A stretch of DNA of 64,000 nt from the IMG/VR virus record IMGVR_UViG_3300017987_000047. One strand, written 5' to 3'. The DNA is from a virus. Its lineage: Duplodnaviria > Heunggongvirae > Uroviricota > Caudoviricetes. The notes under the pieces are model-generated. The model was not told where the DNA came from, did no database searches, and was given only the letters and a program-made list of their open reading frames with translations. Made by a program: the position numbers and the translations under genes. Positions 52,511 through 62,115 of the stretch are shown in pieces. Position 1 is the first letter of the stretch. Every line of letters begins with the position of its first letter.

Positions 52511-52927
52511 ATGTTAACTGAATATTTAACCCATTCCGACCCAGAGATAAGGATTAGCGTAAAAGCAGTAATAAGTCTTAACGAACTTAAGGAATTTAAT
52601 GAAGCTGATAAACTTTTAGAAATGCTAATTACCCATTCCATTAATTCTTATAAGACTATTTTAGATCCGAATTTAGGAATATATACTGATGAAATCCCCC
52701 CAGAACAATATTATGAACGTTACCAAGTCCTTGTTCAGATTCGAATAAAAACGGCTTTAGAAAAAATAAAGTACCTCAAAAATCAAGAAAAGGCTAAAGA
52801 AGAAAAGGCTAAAGAAGAAATTGTAGAGTATGAAGAAAAAAGAAGAAAGGCCCAAGAGCTTTTTGAGCAGAATATTAAGTGGCTAATTCTTGGGGCTTCT
52901 ATAATAATTGCTGCTCTTTTAATTTAG
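52511..52927 (+). CDS. Protein with an N-terminal tag and a C-terminal transmembrane anchor
   Basis: MLTEYLTHSDPEIRISVK; tail WLILGASIIIAALLI. Confidence 0.72.
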   Translation: MLTEYLTHSDPEIRISVKAVISLNELKEFNEADKLLEMLITHSINSYKTILDPNLGIYTDEIPPEQYYERYQVLVQIRIKTALEKIKYLKNQEKAKEEKAKEEIVEYEEKRRKAQELFEQNIKWLILGASIIIAALLI

Positions 52928-52934
52928 CACTTTG

Positions 52935-53007
52935 GCACCTGTAGCTTAACTGGAAAAGCCCCCGGCTACGAACTGGGACGCTGGAGGTTCGAATCCTCCC
53001 AGGTGTA
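52935..53007 (+). tRNA. tRNA-Arg(ACG)
   Basis: Acceptor GCACCTG/CAGGTGT; anticodon arm CCCGG-CTACGAA-CTGGG. Confidence 0.9.
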
Positions 53008-53035
53008 TTGAGAAAAAATTAGTATAAGGTATAAT

Positions 53036-53108
53036 GCGCCCGTAGCTCAGATGGAAGAGCAGGAGATTTCTAATCTTCAGGTCGTGGGTTCAAATCCTAC
53101 CGGGTGTA
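53036..53108 (+). tRNA. tRNA-Arg(TCT)
   Basis: Acceptor GCGCCCG/CGGGTGT; anticodon arm GGAGA-TTTCTAA-TCTTC. Confidence 0.9.
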
Positions 53109-53125
53109 CTTCAAAAGGAGATTTT

Positions 53126-53323
53126 ATGTCTATATCCGACTTGTTCCCTAACGAGCTAGCAGAAATAACACACGCAAACAGTGCTTGGGCAGCAATGGGA
53201 ATTCTGCAAGGAGAAAAAGTTAAAGTCTTGCAGAAGTGTCCGCTGCTTGTCCAGATTGGAGGATCCAAGTGGGGTTTAGATCCCGAAATCGCGAAGGAAA
53301 TTAAGGTAAGGATTGAAAACTAA
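53126..53323 (+). CDS. FeoA-like SH3 domain protein
   Basis: AMGILQGEKVKVLQKCPLLVQIGGSKWGL...A..I.V; AAGGAG SD after the tRNA. Confidence 0.65.
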   Translation: MSISDLFPNELAEITHANSAWAAMGILQGEKVKVLQKCPLLVQIGGSKWGLDPEIAKEIKVRIEN

Positions 53324-53607
53324 TGTTATGTGAATTGTGTGGCTGTGAAGAGCATTACAACTTTCACCATTTTATCCCTGTTACAAATCATAGCAATAAA
53401 TGGTTTAAGAAAAACTTTACCCGAGAAGAGATGCGGCAAGGTCTAAACCTTTGTAAGCAATGCCACAAAACAATTCATAAAATTATCCCGAAAGAAAAAG
53501 AACTGGGTAAAAAATATAATAGTTTAGAGAAATTGCTCTCCCACCCAAAAATCGCAAAATATGTGGGATGGAAAAGACAAAGGAAAAGCCCCAATGAAAC
53601 AGTCTAA
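53323..53607 (+). CDS. Small HNH-type nuclease
   Basis: CELC...HHFIP...LCKQCHKTIH. Confidence 0.75.
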   Translation: MLCELCGCEEHYNFHHFIPVTNHSNKWFKKNFTREEMRQGLNLCKQCHKTIHKIIPKEKELGKKYNSLEKLLSHPKIAKYVGWKRQRKSPNETV

Positions 53608-53835
53608 ACAATCTAGAATGCGAATGATTAAAGTCGAGCGGCTGGATAGCAAGGGGAATAAGGTTTCTCTAACATCCCACGTTGAGGATTCTAAAAAACT
53701 TAAGCTTGGTAGGCATATCACGCTTAAGGAAGAGGGGGAGGATCTTTGGTGGGAAATCGTTTTCGTATCTGACCATACTATAGATAGAAAACAGATAGAG
53801 GGGATTCAACGCTTTAAGTTTCCTAGCACAAAATA

Positions 53836-54273
53836 ATGCACCCTTACCACCAACCTAAACTTCTTTCAACGGTTTTCTTTGAATTTCAAAAATGGGTTCC
53901 CCTTTATGGGTTGGATTTCTTTTTTCCTCCATGCCTCTCTTTTTTTAAAGGAAGCTCGGATAAAACAGTCATCTTTCGGGTTGCTTGGCCCTTCTGTTTA
54001 GAATTTGATGTTGAAAACGAAATCGTCGGCCTCTATGGAAGATTTCAAATAGACACCCCTGTCTTAACTTTTTCTTCTTTCCTTAGCCTTGGTTTCTTCT
54101 TAAATTCCCCCAAAGCTTTTGTACAATATATTGTAATTGAACTCTATAACTTTTTTTGTGATGCCGCGACTTTGACACATTCTGATAAGCATGTTCGCGA
54201 TTGTTGTAAAAAATTTCGGGAAAGAATAAAGGAAGAAGATGTATCCAACTTACAGTGGTTTGCCAATCTTTAA
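53836..54273 (+). CDS. Tagged hypothetical protein
   Basis: ATLTHSDKHVRDCCK. Confidence 0.7.
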   Translation: MHPYHQPKLLSTVFFEFQKWVPLYGLDFFFPPCLSFFKGSSDKTVIFRVAWPFCLEFDVENEIVGLYGRFQIDTPVLTFSSFLSLGFFLNSPKAFVQYIVIELYNFFCDAATLTHSDKHVRDCCKKFRERIKEEDVSNLQWFANL

Positions 54274-54410
54274 GGCAACACAATTTGCAAAAGTCTTTAA
54301 AATGAAATACGAGGGCCCTGGCAACCAAAAAGGGTTTGCGGGGTTTTGGTTCAGCAACAAAGGAAGAAAAGATTTTTATAGTTATGACAGAATGTCCAAA
54401 ATGTTAAAGG

Positions 54411-54851
54411 ATGAAAAGAAAAATGTTAGAGAATGAAGCTCACCTTAGACTTTGCTTAGTCCTTGGAAATCCCCTTTATTTCAGCTTTCTCTGTTTGAGT
54501 AATGTTTCTCTTTTCATAAAAATCCCTATCTTAATTATAGGTTCGATTATCCCCCTTATAACATTATTATGCCTAGTAATGTTTGTTGTTTCTTTTTTCA
54601 GTATGGTTTGGGCAACTAGAAAAGGGTGTACCTGCTCTTGGGAGCTTGTTACTATGGAATTTAGTTATTCGAATTCTAGAGTAAAAACTTCTATTTTAGG
54701 AGTAACAACTATCATAGATTGCCCATACCATAGGGAAACACATGAAAAGGCGATTGTTAAAGCGTACGTTAAAAGGGAAAAGAAGGACCTTAAGTCCCTT
54801 CTCACTCATAAAAATGTGAGGGTAAGGCTTGCTGCAAAGAAATTACAATAA
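54411..54851 (+). CDS. Tagged membrane protein with a GCxC...CPYH motif
   Basis: TM helices; GCTC..CPYH; SLLTHKNVRVRLAAK. Confidence 0.75.
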   Translation: MKRKMLENEAHLRLCLVLGNPLYFSFLCLSNVSLFIKIPILIIGSIIPLITLLCLVMFVVSFFSMVWATRKGCTCSWELVTMEFSYSNSRVKTSILGVTTIIDCPYHRETHEKAIVKAYVKREKKDLKSLLTHKNVRVRLAAKKLQ

Positions 54852-54854
54852 AGA

Positions 54855-55196
54855 ATGTTTGAACATAAAAAAACTATCTATAAGGCAACCCAAATTTTTG
54901 GGGATAAGAGCGAAGACGTATTAGGATACATTATCACCTATAAAAATGAAGATGAGTGGGAAATCGCTTATTTTGATACAGCTGTGGCAAAAGAAGAAAC
55001 ATCCTTGGAGGAGAAGCATAACATCCTATGGTTACAAGGTATAAAAGATTTTTACGAAAAAGGCGAAGATAAAGAACCCTTCTTTAAGGATTCAAAATAT
55101 AGATATGACGAGAGGTCCCTCACAGAATTCTTAACACACTCAAACACAAAATTAAGAGCCTTTGCAAAAAAATATAATGTTTATCCTGAAAATTAA
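54855..55196 (+). CDS. Tagged hypothetical protein
   Basis: EFLTHSNTKLRAFAK. Confidence 0.78.
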   Translation: MFEHKKTIYKATQIFGDKSEDVLGYIITYKNEDEWEIAYFDTAVAKEETSLEEKHNILWLQGIKDFYEKGEDKEPFFKDSKYRYDERSLTEFLTHSNTKLRAFAKKYNVYPEN

Positions 55197-55557
55197 TCAA
55201 ACCGGGCCTTTCGAGGCTACGGGGGAAGAGTATAGCTTCAACTTTCTTCCAACGAAGAAAGAAATTGTTGCCTGCTGCCTCTACCTCTTAATCGATGAGT
55301 GGCAAGGTGTTAGGTATGACCATAAGTTAGGGGTTTGCCCCGAAGAAATCAAGAATATAAAATTTCAAGTATACGACGAATGGTGTAGTATTATTCACCT
55401 ATCTTTTAAGAATCCACATAAAAGCCTTCCCAGAATAATGAAATGTGAAATAACTAGAGTTAGTCAAACCCCTGCTTGTTTAGAGCAATATCTAACCTCG
55501 CCCAGCTTGGGGCTGGCGATAAAACAATGGATGAAAGAGGAACTAGATGCTTCCTGA
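55162..55557 (+). CDS. Hypothetical protein with a degenerate tag
   Basis: EQYLTSPSLGLAIKQWMK. Confidence 0.62.
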   Translation: MQKNIMFILKINQTGPFEATGEEYSFNFLPTKKEIVACCLYLLIDEWQGVRYDHKLGVCPEEIKNIKFQVYDEWCSIIHLSFKNPHKSLPRIMKCEITRVSQTPACLEQYLTSPSLGLAIKQWMKEELDAS

Positions 55558-56404
55558 GATTGCAATTGGAGATGCGTATGGGGCAGCGTTTGAGTTTGCT
55601 CCAAAAAAGTTTCTCCGAGAAAATAACGATTTTCAGTACCACCCCCACCCAAAAAGGGCAGATTTTGGAAAAGGGAATTATACTGATGATACGCAGATGT
55701 CGATTGGCACTGCGCTTTTCATGTTAAGCGAGGAACATATATCACAGCTAAACATTGCTAAATTTTACGTTCAAGCTTATAAAGATAATCCAATTGATGG
55801 ATATGCTAGAGGCTTTCAATCTGTCCTTAATAAAGTAAGAGGGGGCAATCATTTAATCAAGGTACTAAGGCCCTATTCAAAACGGAATGGTTCTGTAATG
55901 CGGGCTGTGCCGCTGGGATTATTAAAGAGCCCAAAAGAAATTATTCATTTCTCAATTGTTCAATCTTCCATCACCCATGCAACTTTCGAGGGGGTGCATG
56001 CTGCAACAATTGTAAGTCTCGCAGCACACTATCTTTACTATAATTTAGGAAAAAAGAAAAAAATTATAGATTTTATGAAAGAAACTGCGCCCGATATTCC
56101 ATTAATAGATTATGATAAGGTAAAGAAGCCTGTTGCTTGCGACGCAAAGCAAACTATAAGCGCGGTTCTTGCGTTAATACGGCAACACACTAGGATGTCA
56201 GTTATTTTACGGAATGCCATTTGTCTTGGCGGAGATACTGATTCGGTTGCTTCTGTGGCACTTGGTTTAGCAAGTTTAACAGATCAAATCCGAAATGATC
56301 TACCAGAACATCTGTATAAAGAATTGAATCCTGGGACGAAAGGGCTTTCTTACCTTCAAACATTAGATTCACAACTATTTGCAAAATTCCCAAAAACGGA
56401 GTAA
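55547..56404 (+). CDS. ADP-ribosylglycohydrolase (DraG/ARH family)
   Basis: AIGDAYG, YTDDTQM, NGSVMR, S.ITH and GGDTDSVA motifs. Confidence 0.92.
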   Translation: MLPEIAIGDAYGAAFEFAPKKFLRENNDFQYHPHPKRADFGKGNYTDDTQMSIGTALFMLSEEHISQLNIAKFYVQAYKDNPIDGYARGFQSVLNKVRGGNHLIKVLRPYSKRNGSVMRAVPLGLLKSPKEIIHFSIVQSSITHATFEGVHAATIVSLAAHYLYYNLGKKKKIIDFMKETAPDIPLIDYDKVKKPVACDAKQTISAVLALIRQHTRMSVILRNAICLGGDTDSVASVALGLASLTDQIRNDLPEHLYKELNPGTKGLSYLQTLDSQLFAKFPKTE

Positions 56405-56410
56405 AGGAAG

Positions 56411-56767
56411 ATGAAACAATTAACAACCGAAACTTTTAAGGAAGAAATTTTTAACTTTGAAGTCAATGATTGGAAATATGAGGGACAAAAGCCTTGTATT
56501 ATTGATTTCTTTGCAGACTGGTGCGGCCCCTGTAAAGCATTAGGTCCCCTTCTGGAGGACCTGGAGAAAGAATATAAGGATAAAATCGATTTCTTTAAGG
56601 TTGATATCGATGAAGATCCTACCCTTGCGGCGAGATTTGAAATTGCGAGTATCCCCACGTTAATTTTTCTTCCAACTGATGGGTCTTCCCCTCAGGTTAT
56701 TAAAGGGCTTCTTCCAAAAGAGGGGCTTATTGAAGTTTTCAAAGACGTCTTTAAGCTCGAAGAATAA
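56411..56767 (+). CDS. trxA: Thioredoxin
   Basis: DFFADWCGPCK...SIPTL. Confidence 0.92.
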   Translation: MKQLTTETFKEEIFNFEVNDWKYEGQKPCIIDFFADWCGPCKALGPLLEDLEKEYKDKIDFFKVDIDEDPTLAARFEIASIPTLIFLPTDGSSPQVIKGLLPKEGLIEVFKDVFKLEE

Positions 56768-56798
56768 CAATCGTATAACTAAGTAAAATCATTATATT
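56767..56798 (+). promoter_or_regulatory. Phage promoter motif copy (degenerate)
   Basis: ACAATCGTA-N17-TATATT. Confidence 0.45.
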
Positions 56799-56860
56799 TT
56801 TAATAGGGATCGGGGTATTTCCTCCGGTCCTTGTTATTTTTAGGCACCTAGGGCCATGGA

Positions 56861-57478
56861 ATGAATGCTTCCCAGAATCTTGCGAGTTGTAGCCTTAACT
56901 TCCGCGAAAACCCGGATTCCTCTATTTTTGGGGGAGGCGGGAAAAAGCGGGATATCTCCACGGTACCTAACTTAGATACCCTAACCGAAATTCGACAAAT
57001 TGTTGCTGAAACTCTTATTAAACTCAACGCCGACCATTTATTGCTAAACGTTTCTTTTAATGGTAGATTTTCGGCAAGACTTGGAGATGCGAATTGGTCT
57101 TATAAGCGAATTCGGTTTAGTAAGCCACTTTGGCCCAGAGCCTCAAAACTACAACGGTATCAATGTGTAGTTCATGAGGTCGCCCATATTATCGCCCACG
57201 AGCGATATGGAAGAGGGGTTGGGAAACGAATTAAACCTCATGGCAATGAATGGAAAAGAGTCATGAGAGAAATGGGGTTAGACCCTGATCGCTGTCACGA
57301 GGTGCCAACGGCAGGGGTGGCTAACAAAAAAGCAAAGTTCAAAACCTTTTGTAACTGCCCGGGAGAGGGGAAACTGCACCTAGTCACCCAAAAGGTTTAC
57401 AACCGAATTGCTGACCCCCTGCGTCTTAACAAATATTTTTGTCGGCGCTGTAAAGCTACATTAACTATAAAACCCTAA
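56861..57478 (+). CDS. SprT-like zinc metalloprotease
   Basis: HEVAH...HG.EWK.VM...RCH and C-terminal CxC/CxxC. Confidence 0.85.
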   Translation: MNASQNLASCSLNFRENPDSSIFGGGGKKRDISTVPNLDTLTEIRQIVAETLIKLNADHLLLNVSFNGRFSARLGDANWSYKRIRFSKPLWPRASKLQRYQCVVHEVAHIIAHERYGRGVGKRIKPHGNEWKRVMREMGLDPDRCHEVPTAGVANKKAKFKTFCNCPGEGKLHLVTQKVYNRIADPLRLNKYFCRRCKATLTIKP

Positions 57479-57483
57479 GATTA

Positions 57484-57957
57484 ATGGAAAAACATTATAC
57501 TTTAATCGCAGACACGTCTCAGGCAGGCTTTTGGGGCACCTCTCCAACTTATAAATGCCAAATTAAAAGGAAACCTCGCTTTACCGATTTGAAATTGTTT
57601 GGCTATCTTATAGCCAAAGACCTGGTAGCTAGATTTATCCTGGGCTCAATATCATATCCGAGGGTTGCTAAAGTCCAAGGGGATGTAAATAGCGGCTGGT
57701 TTGACGAATGTTATTCGTTTTTTGATTTTGATCGTTTTTTCGAGGATTGCCTAGCATGTGGAAGTACGCTAGTAATTGAAATTTCTGGCTTCAGAATCCC
57801 TATAAAAACTGAAATTGAATTTATTCTAAAATCCTTTAACATTTCTCAAGACCTTACCCACAAGAACGCCAATATTCGCAAAACTGCAAAAGAAATCCAA
57901 AAGGATGTTACGGAAGCGTCGTTTTACTTTACCCCTTTCCCAGAGACAACGCCATGA
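57484..57957 (+). CDS. Tagged hypothetical protein
   Basis: QDLTHKNANIRKTAK. Confidence 0.72.
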   Translation: MEKHYTLIADTSQAGFWGTSPTYKCQIKRKPRFTDLKLFGYLIAKDLVARFILGSISYPRVAKVQGDVNSGWFDECYSFFDFDRFFEDCLACGSTLVIEISGFRIPIKTEIEFILKSFNISQDLTHKNANIRKTAKEIQKDVTEASFYFTPFPETTP

Positions 57958-58796
57958 AAATCGAAAAGCCAGAAAACCCACTTATCACTTCTGGGCCCCT
58001 TTCAATCTTCTTTGTTGGGGTTGGAAGTGCTTTCGCGATGGAACACTATCAAACAAGTATCCTCATCGCAAAAGGGGATACCCACATCCTTGTGGACTGT
58101 GGAGAAAACGGGCCTTTGGCTTTAAATAGTCATGGGATTGATGTTTCAGATATCCAAACTCTTTTTGTAACGCATTTGCATTCGGATCACGTTGCAGGGG
58201 TAGGACACCTTGCCTTGAAAAACTATTACGTAGCACGCCCTTTTATGAAGAAGCCCAAGTTACGCTGTATTGTTAATGAACATATGCAGCAGTTAATGTG
58301 GGATAAAGCATTATCTGCAGGGTTAATGTATAACGAAATCATCGGGGAAGAGCTCGCTCGGCCACTTTGTTTTGAGGATTACTTCACCGTAGTTCGGCCG
58401 ACTTGGAAACAAATTCAGCCCCGAGAGGTATGGGAAGTTAAAATCGGTGAGATTAAATTAGAAATCTTCCGAACTCTACATATTCCTCAGCAAGCCCCTA
58501 CTTGGGATGCTGCATTTCCATCTTATGGCTTAATGATTGATGACCGTGTTTTCTACTCTGGGGATTCCCAGTTTGACCCCAGCTTAATTGATCAGTATAA
58601 GCATGCTGAAGCTTTCTTCCACGACGTACAATTTTTCCCAGGCGCCGTGCATGCGCCTTTGGCAGACCTAAAGAAACTGCCAGAAGACATTAAAAAGAAA
58701 ATGTTTTTAATGCACTATGCAGATAATTTTGAGGAGCAAGAAATTGGTGGCTTTGCTGGTTGGGCAACCCAAGGCAATTCTTACGTGTTTGAGTAG
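57954..58796 (+). CDS. Metallo-beta-lactamase-fold hydrolase (RNase Z-like)
   Basis: GVGSAF, LVDCG, THLHSDHVAG, YSGD and MHY motifs. Confidence 0.85.
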   Translation: MKIEKPENPLITSGPLSIFFVGVGSAFAMEHYQTSILIAKGDTHILVDCGENGPLALNSHGIDVSDIQTLFVTHLHSDHVAGVGHLALKNYYVARPFMKKPKLRCIVNEHMQQLMWDKALSAGLMYNEIIGEELARPLCFEDYFTVVRPTWKQIQPREVWEVKIGEIKLEIFRTLHIPQQAPTWDAAFPSYGLMIDDRVFYSGDSQFDPSLIDQYKHAEAFFHDVQFFPGAVHAPLADLKKLPEDIKKKMFLMHYADNFEEQEIGGFAGWATQGNSYVFE

Positions 58797-60224
58797 GAGA
58801 AGCAAATGTCAAATATACGATTCATTTTCCCAAAAGAAATGCCTTCCATCGAAGAGGTCGACACTATTTTGCGCGATATTGTCGACAAACATTTCCAAGG
58901 ACTTACGTTAGGTATCTGGGATTCGAAAACACGGGATTATGCCAAGACAGAACGACCTACCGCTGCGGCTTTCAAAAAAGAACAGCAAAGCCTAGATAAA
59001 GACGGGTTCCCAACCTTTGCGTGGGAGCTTCTCTACAAACCTTACCCCAACGAGCTTGATTTCTTTTGTTCCGCCGATATCTACTATGGAAAGGCCTTGA
59101 GGGATCCGGAACAAGTAGTCGGGTGGCAAGCCTGTGATGCTTGGGACGAGGACGAATGGGAAGCCCACAACAAGCGGTTAATACACGTTCCAGCAATTCA
59201 AATTCCGCACCATGTAAATCGTTTTTCGGAATTCCTCTCCGAAAGACTTATGAGGCATCTTTCCTTGAAATTAGGGGATGTCATCCTTGGGGATGAGGGG
59301 GTTGGAGAGCTTTGGTACCCTAAAGAGGACCAGACATTTGAAACATTTGAAAGCTACCTATCTTATTTCGATGCAGGCTTGAAAAAAGACTACCCAGAGG
59401 TGTTTGAGCGGCTGGTACTGGGGTTTTCCCTCCCACAAGAATTGGAATATTTAAGAGGCGATCTTAAGAAGAAGGATTAAAATGTTTTTCCGCAAGAAAA
59501 AAAACCAGCAGAGAGCCATCCCTGCGCCTGCAACGCTTTCTCTAGAAGAGAAGCGACAGGTTTACGATTACGCAAAAAACAAACGGGCAGATATTAGTGG
59601 GCGGCAACGAATTGTTGATTTACACCGGGCGATGTTAAAGAAGGACCCCCGGAGTTGCCGCAACTCCAGTTATATGTCTTTCTTGGCAGAAGTGGATAAT
59701 CCCTGCCCTGATCTTATATTAAGAGATAGATATAGAAAAGAAGTTATTAAGGACTTTGAGGGAAAAAATGAACATTAAAGAATTTTCAGAGTATGCCAAA
59801 GCCGACACTGCGATTAGAAGGTATCTAAAAGAAACAGGCTGGAAATATACACATGACGGAATTTGGGAAAAGGAAGAAAAAAAAGTAATGTTGCCTGTCT
59901 ACCTTTTCAACAGTGCCCCCTCAATGCTAGATCGCCTTGCTAACGTAATTGACCAAATCGCAGAGGCAGAAGGGTTAACTTCTTCCCAAGCGGCTATTAA
60001 AATTCTTAACGCTTTAGAATTGAAAAAAGAGAAGAAATGAGATACCAGGTACAAAAGAATAAGCAAGATGGAGCTGCTTATGATGTTGTTGGCCCCAACA
60101 AGGAACTTTATGTTTTTGGGGAAACTTTCACCGTAGCATCCGGAATTTGTGATGGCCTAAACCACGGTTCGTTTATTTGTGGCGAGATCCAAGAAGTTGT
60201 TAATTCAATTAAAGGAGAAAAGTA

Positions 60225-61313
60225 ATGGAACTGAAACAAGACATCCCAACTATTTCCGAGTTCCTGGCAAAGAAGCTTTACGAGAGTAAGGACTCACAAA
60301 TTGTAATGGACGAAGGAGGCCGCTATTGGGTATTTGCCGATAAAAAGTTTTACGATACCGCGAACGATTATACGAGCCATGAAGCTGGAGAGGCGGCGGT
60401 ATTCGAAGAGTTTGATGACTATACCGATAATTGTTTCCCAGCCGCGATTTTAATAAAGAAAGGCAATAAACCGCTAATTATTTTGAACGGGGACGAGGAT
60501 TTAATCGGTTATGTCCAGTTGGATTTGTTCGAGATGAAAGCCCCCACAATTAGTTTTAGCTGTTTCTCAAGAATCTTTAATACGGAAGACCCGACCCCAG
60601 AAGATATTAAAGGGGCAGTTGGTGACCTTATCAATGGCAAATTTAAGATAGTTGACTTTACAGAAGACCGAGAAGTCGCACTTACGAAAGAAGAGAAGAG
60701 ACAAGTTTCTAATTTTAAGAGAACTTTAGAATGGAAAAATAGAGGCTGGGAGGTTGATGGGTGTGCCGTTATTCAAAGAAAACTCTCGCCTCCCGATAAA
60801 ACCTTTACATTAATTAAGGGTTCCCGCGATATTCTCACATGGCATGCTCCTGCCACAATTCTACTTAAGGAAGTAGCAACCGACAAGCATTATATCTTTG
60901 GACAAGACGAAGGAACTTATTTCGGGTGTGAACTGGCAACGAAACCAAGAAACGTGAAGCAAGCCTTCGACCAATTAATCCCAGCTGAAATCCGCAAGGT
61001 AGAGGGGGTTATTCGTCAAGGGGAATGGTTTGCTGTTCCTGTCCCCGTAGATAAACTTCCTGGGGAACACAAAGCAATTGTGACACTAGACCAAGACTGC
61101 GACGATCAAGTAACTCTTCCAAAGGATGACCCAGATTCAAACCCACATCTGCTCCTCTGCGACGAAGGGTATGTCGCTCCTGAAGGAATTTTTGTGAAAA
61201 ACTTTACCCTACAACACTCCGAACATGCTTCGCTGTGTGGGAAGGAAAATACCTGGTATACCTTTAAGAAGAATACGGCAGTAAGAAGCTTCAGTCAAGA
61301 TGGGGTTGACTAA
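60225..61313 (+). CDS. Hypothetical phage protein
   Basis: 362-aa ORF with AAGGAG SD; RQGEWF.VP motif. Confidence 0.6.
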   Translation: MELKQDIPTISEFLAKKLYESKDSQIVMDEGGRYWVFADKKFYDTANDYTSHEAGEAAVFEEFDDYTDNCFPAAILIKKGNKPLIILNGDEDLIGYVQLDLFEMKAPTISFSCFSRIFNTEDPTPEDIKGAVGDLINGKFKIVDFTEDREVALTKEEKRQVSNFKRTLEWKNRGWEVDGCAVIQRKLSPPDKTFTLIKGSRDILTWHAPATILLKEVATDKHYIFGQDEGTYFGCELATKPRNVKQAFDQLIPAEIRKVEGVIRQGEWFAVPVPVDKLPGEHKAIVTLDQDCDDQVTLPKDDPDSNPHLLLCDEGYVAPEGIFVKNFTLQHSEHASLCGKENTWYTFKKNTAVRSFSQDGVD

Positions 61314-61975
61314 TGTCGAACTATAATTACGTAGTACCCAAGTGCGGAGAACTCCCTCCCCAAGAAGAGCTTAATGCTTTAATTAGGAAGATAGTTATAA
61401 GTCGGTTGCCCTGCTGGGGTCTTTCTACCGTTAAGGACTTAAATCGTTTCTTCGCTTGCTACAGCATCCAACATAAAACTTGGGAAACCGATCCCGAAGG
61501 GATAATTCTTTTCTGGGAAGACTCCTACCGCACTCCCGAATTTGAGGGTAGCAAGTTTAACTATCTTAAACATATTGTGGGGAAAAGAGTCCCATGCCTT
61601 GTTTTTGATCGGGGACCTGTAAGCCCATTCACCCGATTCATTAATAATGAAATACGGAAAAGGGTATGCCTTGAAATTGAAGCGTTTGATGTAGCAGACA
61701 CAGTTGATCTCTATCCCATAGAAAAGGAATTTAAGTTCTACGAAACCTTCTGGGACCAAGAAAAAACATATATTAGTAGCGAAAACCCACTCGAGATCAG
61801 TGGTCCCCTAATGAATAAATTGACCTGGGTATTAGAATCAATCGGAGAAGCACCCCAGGACATTTATAATCTTTTAGGGTTGCCCGATGGTATTCTTTAT
61901 CCTTTTCTGACCTCGGCAAGCCAAGAAGCAAGGAAAGCAGCAAAGAAAGCCCTAGAAAAAAGTGAAAATCCGTAA
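61313..61975 (+). CDS. Tagged hypothetical protein
   Basis: PFLTSASQEARKAAK. Confidence 0.75.
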   Translation: MSNYNYVVPKCGELPPQEELNALIRKIVISRLPCWGLSTVKDLNRFFACYSIQHKTWETDPEGIILFWEDSYRTPEFEGSKFNYLKHIVGKRVPCLVFDRGPVSPFTRFINNEIRKRVCLEIEAFDVADTVDLYPIEKEFKFYETFWDQEKTYISSENPLEISGPLMNKLTWVLESIGEAPQDIYNLLGLPDGILYPFLTSASQEARKAAKKALEKSENP

Positions 61976-62037
61976 GTTTTGTAGAGTAATAATCCATTAA
62001 TCTAAGTATAAGGGACATATTGTTTGTTGAGTGGAAC

Positions 62038-62108
62038 GGCCCTATCGTCTAGTGGAAGGACACAAGATTTTCATTCTTGTAGCGGGAGTTCAATTCTCCC
62101 TAGGGTCA
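62038..62108 (+). tRNA. tRNA-Glu(TTC)
   Basis: Acceptor GGCCCTA/TAGGGTC; anticodon arm CAAGA-TTTTCAT-TCTTG. Confidence 0.92.
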
Positions 62109-62115
62109 TTTATGA

